Source: Squalus acanthias (lineage: Eukaryota). From it: a stretch of 64,000 nucleotides of DNA. The notes under the pieces were generated by a model. It was not told where the DNA came from, made no database searches, and was given only the letters and a program-made list of their open reading frames with translations. Positions 56,901 to 64,000 of this stretch are shown here, in pieces (position 1 is the first letter of the stretch; each line of letters opens with the position of its first letter). Location of the stretch: the NCBI GenBank assembly GCA_030390025.1, contig JASTWF010000035.1:310001-374000 (forward strand). The letters are read 5' to 3'. The position numbers and the translations under genes were made by a program.

Positions 56901-59900
56901 AGTGTTGTAGAGGAGGGAGTGTTGTAGCGGAGGGAGTGTTGTAGAGGAGGGAGTGTTGTAGCGGAGGGAGTGTTGTAGAGGAGGGAGTGTTGTAGAGGAG
57001 GGAGTGTTGTAGAGGAGGGAGTGTTGTAGAGGAGAGAGAGTTGTAGAGGAGGGAGTGTTGTAGAGGAGGGAGGTGTAGAGGAGGGAGTGTTGTAGAGGAG
57101 GGAGTGTTGTAGCAGAGGGAGGTGTAGCGGAGGGAGTGTTGTAGAGGAGGGAGTGTTGTAGAGGAGGGAGTGTTGTAGAGGAGGGAGGTGTAGAGGAGGG
57201 AGTGTTGTAGAGGAGGGAGTGTTGTAGAGGAGGGAGTGTTGTAGAGGAGGGAGTGTTGTAGAGGAGGGAGTGTTGTAGAGGAGGGAGTGTTGCAGCGGAG
57301 GGAGTGTTGTAGAGGAGGGAGTGTTGTAGCGGAGGGAGTGTTGTAGAGGAGGGAGTGTTGTAGAGGAGGGAGTGTTGCAGCGGAGGGAGTGTTGTAGAGG
57401 AGGGAGTGTTGTAGAGGAGGGAGTGTTGTAGAGGAGGGAGTGTTGTAGAGGAGGGAGTGTTGCAGCGGAGGGAGTGTTGTAGAGGAGGGAGTGTTGTAGA
57501 GGAGGGAGTGTTGCAGCGGAGGGAGTGTTGTAGAGGAGGGAGTGTTGCAGAGGAGGGAGTGTTGTCGAGGAGGGAGTGTTGTAGAGGAGGGAGTGTTGTA
57601 GAGGAGGGAGTGTTGTAGAGGAGGGAGTGCTGTAGAGGAGGGAGTGTTGTAGAGGAGGGAGTGTTGTAGAGGAGGGAGTGTTGCAGCGGAGGGAGTGTTG
57701 TAGAGGAGGGAGTGTTGTAGAGGAGGGAGTGTTGTAGAGGAGGGAGTGTTGCAGCGGAGGGAGTGTTGTAGAGGAGGGAGTGTTGTAGCGGAGGGAGTGT
57801 TGTAGAGGAGGGAGTGTTGTAGAGGAGGGAGTGTTGTAGACGAGGGAGGTGTTGTAGAGGAGGGAGTGTTGTAGAGGAGGGAGTGTTGTAGAGGAGGGAG
57901 TGTTGTAGAGGAGGGAGTGTTGTAGAGGAGGGAGTGTTGTAGAGGAGGGAGTGTTGTAGAGGAGGGGGTGTTGTAGAGGAGGGAGTGTTGTAGAGGAGGG
58001 AGTGTTGTAGAGGAGGGAGTGTTGTAGAGGAGGGGGTGTTGTCGAGGAGTGAGTGTTGTCGAGGAGGGAGTGTTGTAGAGCAGGGAGTGTTGTAGAGGAG
58101 GGAGTGTTGTAGACGAGGGAGGTGTTGTAGAGGAGGGAGGTGTTGCAGAGGAGGGAGGTGTTGTAGAGGAGGGAGGTGTTGCAGAGGAAGGAGTGTTGTA
58201 GCGGAGGGAGGTGTTGTAGAGGAGGGAGGTGTTGTAGAGGAGTGGAGTGTTGCAGCGGAGGGAGTGTTGCAGCGGAGGGAGTGTTGTAGAGGAGGGAGTG
58301 TTGTAGAGGAGGGAGTGTTGTAGAGGAGGGAGTGTTGTATAGGAGGGAGTGTTGTAGCGGAGGGAGTGTTGTAGAGGAGGGAGTGTTGTAGAGGAGGGAG
58401 GTGTAGAGGAGGGAGTGTTGTAGAGGAGGGAGTGTTGTAGAGGAGGGAGGTGTTGTAGAGGTGGGAGGTGTTGCAGAGGAGGGAGGTGTTGTAGAGGATG
58501 GAGGTGTTGCAGAGCAGGGAGTGTTGTAGAGGAGGGAGTGTTGTAGAGGAGGGAGTGTTGTAGAGGAGGGAGTGTTGTAGAGGAGGGAGGTGTTGCAGAG
58601 AAAGGAGTGTTGTAGCGGAGGGAGGTGTTGTAGAGGAGGGAGTGTTTCAGCGGAGGGAGTGTTGCAGCGGAGGGAGTGTTGTAGAGGAGGGAGTGTTGTA
58701 GAGGAGGGAGTGTTGTAGCAGAGGGAGGTGTAGCGGAGGGAGTGTTGTAGAAGAGGGAGTGGTAGAGGAGGGAGTGTTGTAGAGGAGGGAGGTGTTGTAG
58801 AGGAGGGAGTGTTGTAGAGGAGGGAGCGTTGTAGAGGAGGGAGTGTTCTAGCGGAGGGAGTGTTGTAGAGGAGGGAGTGTTGTAGCAGAGGGAGTGGTAG
58901 AGGAGGGAGTGTTGTAGAGGAGGGAGGTGTTGTAGAGGAGGGAGTGTTGTAGAAGAGGGAGTGGTAGAGGAGGGAGTGTTGTAGAGGAGGGAGGTGTTGT
59001 AGAGGAGGGAGTGTTGTAGAGGAGGGAGCGTTGTAGAGGAGGGAGTGTTGTAGAGGAGGGAGTGTTGTAGAGGAGGGAGTGTTGTAGAGGAGGGGGTGTT
59101 GTAGAGGAGGGAGTGTTGTAGAGGAGGGAGTGTTGTAGAGGAGGGAGTGTTGTAGAGGAGGGAGTGTTGTAGAGGAGGGAGTGTTGTAGCGGAGGGAGTG
59201 TTGTAGAGGAGGGACTGTTGTAGAGGAGGGAGGTGTAGAGGAGGGAGTGTTGTAGAGGAGGGAGTGTTGTAGAGGAGGGAGTGTTGTAGAGGAGGGAGTG
59301 TTCTAGCTGAGGGAGTGTTGTAGAGGAGGGAGTGTTGTAGTGGAGGGAGGTGTAGCGGAGGGAGTGTTGTAGAGGAGGGAGTGGTAGAGGAGGGGGTATT
59401 GTAGAGGAGGGAGTGTTGTAGAGGAGGGAGTGTTGTAGAGGAGGGAGTGTTGTAGAGGAGGGAGTGTTGTAGAGGAGGGAGTGTTGTAGAGGAGGGAGGT
59501 GTAGAGGAGGGAGTGTGGTAGAGGAGGGAGTGTTGCAGAGGAGGGAGGTGTAGAGGAGGGAGTGTTGTAGAGGAGGGAGTGTTGTAGAGGAGGGAGTGTT
59601 GTGGAGCAGGGAGTGTTGTGGATGAGGGAGTGTTGTAGAGGAGGGAGTGTTGTAGAGGAGGGAGTGTTGTGGAGCAGGGAGTGTTGTGGAGGAGGCAGTG
59701 TTGTGGAGGAGGGAGTGTTGTAGAGGAGGGAGTGTTGTAGAGGAGGGAGTGTTGCAGCGGAGGGAGGTGTTGTAGAGGAGGGAGGTGTTGTAGAGGAGGG
59801 ACTGTTGTCGAGGAGGGAGTGTTGTCGAGGAGGGAGTGTTGTAGAGGAGGGAGTGTTGTAGAGGAGGGAGGTGTAGAGGAGGGAGTGTTGTAGAGGAGGG

Positions 59901-62900
59901 AGTGTTGTAGAGGAGGGAGTGTTGTCGAGGAGGGAGTGTTGTCGAGGAGGGACTGTTGTCGAGGAGGGAGTGTTGTCGAGGAGGGAGTGTTGTAGAGGAG
60001 GGAGTGTTGTAGAGGAGGGAGTGTTGTAGAGGAGGGAGTGTTGTCGAGGAGGGAGTGTTGTCGAGGAGGGACTGTTGTCGAGGAGGGAGTGTTGTCGAGG
60101 AGGGAGTGTTGTCGAGGAGGGAGTGTTGTAGAGGAGGGAGGTGTTGTAGAGGAGGGAGGTGTTGTAGAGGAGGGAGTTGTTGTAGCGGAGGGAGGTGTTG
60201 TAGAGGAGGGAGGTGTTGTAGAGGTGGGAGGTGTTGCAGAGGAGGGAGGTGTTGTAGAGGAGGGAGGTGTTGCAGAGCAGGGAGTGTTGTAGAGGAGGGA
60301 GTGTTGTAGAGGAGGGAGTGTTGTAGAGGAGGGAGTGTTGTAGAGGAGGGAGGTGTAGAGGCGGGAGTGTTGTAGAGGAGGGAGTGTTGTAGAGGAGGGA
60401 GTGTTGTAGCGGAGGGAGTGTTGTAGAGGAGGGAGTGTTGTCGAGGAGGGAGTGTTGTAGAGGAGGGAGTGTTGTAGAGGAGGGAGTGTTGTAGAGGAGG
60501 GAGTGTTGTAGAGGAGGGAGTGTTGTAGAGGAGGGAGTGTTGTAGAGGAGGGAGGTGTAGAGGAGGGAGTGTTGTAGAGGAGGGAGGTGTAGAGGAGGGA
60601 GTCTTGTAGAGGAGGGAGTGGTAGAGGAGGGAGTGTTGTAGAGGAGGGAGTGTTGTAGAGGAGGGAGTGTTGTAGAGGAGGGAGTGTTGTAGAGGAGGGA
60701 GTGTTGTAGAGGAGGGAGTGTTGTAGTGGAGGGAGTGTTGTAGTGGAGGGAGTGTTGTAGTGGAGGGAGTGGTAGAGGAGGGAGTGGTAGAGGAGGGAGT
60801 GTTGTAGAGGAGGGAGTGTTGTAGAGGAGGGAGTGTTGTAGAGGAGGGAGTGTTGTAGAGGAGGGAGTGTTGTAGAGGAGGGAGTGTTGTAGAGGAGGGA
60901 GTGTTGTAGAGGAGGGAGTGTTGTAGAGGAGGGAGTGTTGTAGAGGAGGGAGGTGTAGAGGAGGGAGTGTTGTAGAGTAGGGAGTGTTGTAGAGGAGGGA
61001 GTGTTGTAGAGGAGGGGGTGTTGTAGAGGAGGGAGTGTTGTAGAGGAGGGAGTGTTGTAGAGGAGGGAGTGTTGTAGAGGAGGGAGTGTGGTAGAGGAGG
61101 GAGTGGTAGAGGAGGGAGTGTTGTAGAGGAGGGAGTGTTGTAGAGGAGGGAGTGTTGTGGAGGAGGGAGTGTTGTAGAGGAGGGAGTGTTGTAGAGGAGG
61201 GAGTGTTGTAGAGGAGGGAGGTGTAGAGGAGGGAGTGTTGTAGAGGAGGGAGTGTTGTAGAGGAGGGAGGTGTAGAGGAGGGAGGTGTTGTAGAGGAGGG
61301 AGTGTTGTAGAGGAGGGAGTGTTGTAGAGGAGGGAGTGTTGTAGAGGAGGGAGGTGTAGAGGAGGGAGGTGTTGTAGAGGAGGGAGTGTTGTAGAGGAGG
61401 GAGTGTTGTAGAGGAGGGAGTGTTGTAGAGGAGGGAGTGTTGTAGAGGAGGGAGTGTTGTGGAGGAGGGAGTGTTGTAGAGGAGGGAGTGTTGTAGTGGA
61501 GGGAGTGTTGTAGTGGAGGGAGTGTTGTAGTGGAGGGAGGTGTTGTAGAGGAGGGAGTGTTGTAGAGGAGGGAGTGTTGTAGAGGAGGGAGTGTTGTAGA
61601 GGAGGGAGTGTTGTAGAGGAGGGAGTGTTGTAGAGGAGGGAGTGTTGTAGAGGAGGGAGTGTTGTAGAGGAGGGAGTGTTGTAGAGGAGGGAGTGTTGTA
61701 GAGGAGGGAGGTGTAGAGGAGGGAGGTGTTGTAGAGGAGGGAGTGTTGTAGAGGAGGGAGTATTGTAGAGGAGGGAGTGTTGTGGAGGAGGGAGTGTTGT
61801 AGAGGAGGGGGTGTTGTAGAGGAGGGAGTGTTGTAGAGGAGGGAGTGTTGTAGAGGAGGGGGTGTTGTAGAGGAGGGAGTGTTGTAGAGGAGGGAGTGTT
61901 GTGGAGGAGGGAGTGTTGTAGAGGAGGGAGTGTTGTAGAGGAGGGAGTGTTGTGGAGGAGGGAGTGTTGCAGAGGAGGGAGTGTTGTAGAGGAGGGAGTG
62001 TTGTAGAGGAGGGAGGTGTAGTGGAGGGAGTGTTGTAGAGGAGGGAGGTGTAGAGGAGGGAGTGTTGTAGAGGAGGGAGGTGTAGTGGAGGGAGTGTTGT
62101 AGAGGAGGGAGGTGTAGAGGAGGGAGGTGTTGTAGAGGAGGGAGTGTTGTAGAGGAGGGAGTGTTGTAGAGGAGGGAGTGTTGTAGAGGAGGGAGGTGTA
62201 GAGGAGGGAGGTGTTGTAGAGGAGGGAGTGTTGTAGAGGAGGGAGTGTTGTAGAGGAGGGAGTGTTGTAGAGGAGGGAGTGTTGTAGAGGAGGGAGTGTT
62301 GTGGAGGAGGGAGTGTTGTAGAGGAGGGAGTGTTGTAGTGGAGGGAGTGTTGTAGTGGAGGGAGTGTTGTAGTGGAGGGAGGTGTAGCGGAGGGAGTGTT
62401 GTAGAGGAGGGGGTATTGTAGAGGAGGGAGTGTTGTAGAGGAGGGGGTATTGTAGAGGAGGGAGTGTTGTAGAGGAGGGAGTGTTGTAGAGGAGGGAGTG
62501 TTGTAGAGGAGGGGGTATTGTAGAGGAGGGAGTGTTGTAGAGGAGGGAGTGTTGTAGAGGAGGGAGGTGTTGTAGAGGAGGGAGTGTTGTAGAGGAGGGA
62601 GTGTTGCAGAGGAGGGAGTGTTGTAGAGGAGGGAGGTGTTGTAGAGGAGTGGAGTGTTGTAGAGGAGGGAGTGTTGTAGAGGAGGGAGGTGTAGAGGAGG
62701 GAGTGTGGTAGAGGAGGGAGTGTTGCAGAGGAGGGAGGTGTAGAGGAGGGAGTGTTGTAGAGGAGGGAGTGTTGTAGAGGAGGGAGTGTTGTGGAGCAGG
62801 GAGTGTTGTGGATGAGGGAGTGTTGTAGAGGAGGGAGTGTTGTAGAGGAGGGAGTGTTGTGGAGCAGGGAGTGTTGTGGAGGAGGCAGTGTTGTGGAGGA

Positions 62901-64000
62901 GGGAGTGTTGTAGAGGAGGGAGTGTTGTAGCGGAGGGATTGTTGTAGAGGAGGGAGTGTTGCAGAGGAGGGAGGTGTTGTAGAGGAGTGGAGTGTTGTAG
63001 AGGAGGGAGGTGTTGTAGAGGAGGGAGTGTTGTAGAGGAGGGAGTGTTGTAGGGGAGGGAGTATTGTAGCGGAGGGAGTGTTGTAGAGGAGGGAGTGGTA
63101 GAGGAGGGAGTGTTGTAGAGGAGGGAGTGTTGTAGAGGAGGGAGTGTTGTAGAGGAGGGAGTGTTGTAGAGGAGGGAGGTGCAGAGGAGGGAGTGTTGTA
63201 GAGGAGGGAGTGTTGTAGAGGAGGGAGTGTTGTAGCGGAGGGCGTGTTGTAGAGGAGGGAGGTGTTGTAGAGGAGGGAGTGTTGTAGAGGGGGGCGTGTT
63301 GTAGAGGAGGGAGTGTTGTAGAGGAGGGAGTGTTGTAGAGGAGGGAGGTGTTGTAGAGGAGGGAGTGTTGTAGAGGAGGGAGTGTTGCAGAGGAGGGAGT
63401 GTTGTAGAGGAGGGAGGTGTTGTAGAGGAGGGAGTGTTGTAGAGGAGGGAGTGTTGTAGCGGAGGGCGTGTTGTAGAGGAGGGAGGTGTTGTAGAGGAGG
63501 GAGTGTTGTAGAGGGGGGCGTGTTGTAGAGGAGGGAGTGTTGTAGAGGAGGGCGTGTTGTAGAGGAGGGCGTGTTGTAGAGGAGGGAGTGTTGTAGAGGA
63601 GGGCGTGTTGTAGAGGAGGGAGGTGTTGTAGAGGAGGGGAGTGTTGTAGAGGAGGGAGGTGTTGTAGAGGAGGGTGTGTTGTAACGGAGGGAGTGTTGTA
63701 GAGGAGGGAGTGTTGTAGAGGAGGGGAGTGTTGTAGCGGAGGGAGGTGTTGTAGAGGAGGGTGTGTTGTAACGGAGGGAGTGTTGTAGAGGAGGGAGTGT
63801 TGTAGAGGAGGGCGTGTTGTAGAGGAGGGAGTGTTGTAGAGGAGGGAGTGTTGTAGAGGAGGGAGTGTTGTAGCGGAGGGCGTGTTGTAACGGAGGGAGT
63901 GTTGTAGAGGAGGGAGTGTTGTAGAGGAGGGAGGTGTTGTAGAGGAGGGAGTGTTGTAGAGGAGGGATTGTTGTAGAGGAGGGAGTGTTGTAGCGGAGGG

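Larger units (their letters stand above)
23716..64000. repeat. G-rich satellite/minisatellite array, consensus GTGTTGTAGAGGAGGGA (17 bp) with 15- and 18-bp variants
   Basis: Head-to-tail units throughout in one orientation, interrupted only by two LINEs; reaches the window end. Confidence 0.98.

Noticed and set aside
27531..60309. Short plus-strand Cys/Arg/Gly or Glu/Gly ORFs (keratin-associated- or metallothionein-like)
   Set aside because: Chance stop-free runs of satellite variants.
23716..64000. CRISPR array or telomeric repeat
   Set aside because: No unique spacers, no cas genes and no TTAGGG tracts; the context is eukaryotic.

Overview
Eukaryotic DNA, probably vertebrate. The CR1-type LINE 3' ends resemble those of cartilaginous fishes (inference). 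No host genes are visible. Bases 1-23715 are a three-layer nest of one env-bearing retrovirus-like family. An older provirus B (minus strand; 5' LTR 22106-23715; runs off the left edge) abuts a satellite. B is interrupted in its protease by a solo LTR C (18395-20040) and in its env by a complete, apparently intact provirus A (plus strand, 109-12957, with apparently identical 1724-bp LTRs). Both nested insertions have the same 4-bp TSD (GGCA in element orientation) within GGGGCAC. The family has several unusual traits. The Gag ATG overlaps the primer-binding site, and gag and pol are joined by a UGA-CUAG readthrough context. Pol carries both a degenerate and an active RNase H, and Gag has an overlapping PSAPPSY late domain. 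Env combines an Ig-like domain with a long paramyxo/pneumovirus-F-like fusion subunit (lokiretrovirus-like), and a candidate small membrane ORF follows it. Bases 23716-64000 are a G-rich 17-bp satellite (GTGTTGTAGAGGAGGGA) with kb-scale higher-order duplications and two 5'-truncated CR1-type LINEs. All comparisons were made by eye.
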